Positions 63,237-64,000 of a DNA stretch of 64,000 nucleotides are shown here, one piece after another (within the stretch, counting starts at the first letter, position 1; each line of letters starts with the position of its first letter). This DNA comes from Octopus bimaculoides. Taxonomy: Eukaryota. Both the position numbers and the translations under genes were made by a program. The notes under the pieces are model-generated. The model searched no databases, was not told the origin of the DNA, and saw nothing but the letters and a program-made list of their open reading frames with translations. Where the stretch lies: assembly GCF_001194135.2 (NCBI RefSeq), contig NC_068982.1, forward strand, positions 136,673,626 through 136,737,625, given 5' to 3'.

Positions 63237-63652
63237 TTCTTTTATTCTTTTACTTGTTTCAGTCAAATGACTGTGGCCATGCTGGAGTACCGCCTTTTAG
63301 TCGAGCAAATCGACCCCAGGACTTATTCTTTGTAAGCCTAGTACTTATTCTATCGGTCTCTTTTGCCGAACCGCTGGGTTAAGGGGACGTAAACGCACCA
63401 GCATCGGTTGTCAAGCGATGATGGGGGGACAAACACAGACACACAGACATATACACACACACATACACACATATATATATACATATATACGACGGGCTTT
63501 TTCAGTTTCCGTCTACCAAATCCACTCACAAGGCTTTGCTCGGCCCGAGGCTATAGTAGAAGACACTTGCCCAAGCTGCCACGCAGTAGGACTGAACCCG
63601 GAACCGTGTGGTTCGTAAGCAAGCTACTTACCACACAGCCACTCCAACGCCT
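63237..63652 (-). mobile_element. SINE B, full length
   Basis: Complete reverse complement of the family. Confidence 0.93.
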
Positions 63653-64000
63653 TAATGTTTTTATAAGGAAAATCTTGCATCGAGTCCAATTTCCAAACGG
63701 ATTTCATTTGATTTCTATGAAAGAGACAGGCATTAAAATACTCTAATTTCTCGTATAAATTTGAAAACTTCCGTAACATTACTGGTCAAAAGGATTCAAA
63801 ATTTCCCTTGTTTCTTAAGGATATATTTAGAAGAAGCAACGAGCTATTAGTGAATGTTTCTAGAATTCATTTCAATTTATGCGAGAGGCCACTTTACGTA
63901 ACCTATGCTACACTAATTTAATAAGCAGATCAATCCATTTCCTACTTCTTCTCCCCTATAGATATGAAATTTTGTGGTTAGAGAAAAAAATCAATATAAA

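Overview
This window is AT-rich eukaryotic DNA, dense in microsatellites, with 12 N-gaps. The SINE families and repeat content look like an octopus (coleoid cephalopod) genome; this is recognition from memory, not a database result. I find no intact host protein-coding gene, rRNA, true tRNA gene or CRISPR array. The window is intergenic or intronic and is filled with transposable elements. There are five tRNA-derived SINE families (labelled A-E here), plus decayed CR1/L2-group LINEs, R4/Dong-like and Hero-like restriction-like-endonuclease (RLE) LINEs, two Tc1/mariner deletion derivatives and a probable Chapaev3 transposase relic. Four signals stand out. (1) Penelope-type minimal hammerhead ribozyme (HHR) motifs occur in three unrelated repeats; one is fused to a tRNA head, giving a candidate Penelope-mobilised, ribozyme-bearing SINE (15850-16145). 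(2) A 2.25-kb insertion flanked by a 16-bp target-site duplication (TSD) sits inside a SINE's tRNA head; its visible sequence shows an ORF1/gag-like frame, no RT, and a possible intron (19411-21660). (3) A CR1-like LINE has twin-priming (5'-inversion) architecture (1171-2842). (4) There are several near-perfect foldbacks. Boundaries of old repeats are approximate.
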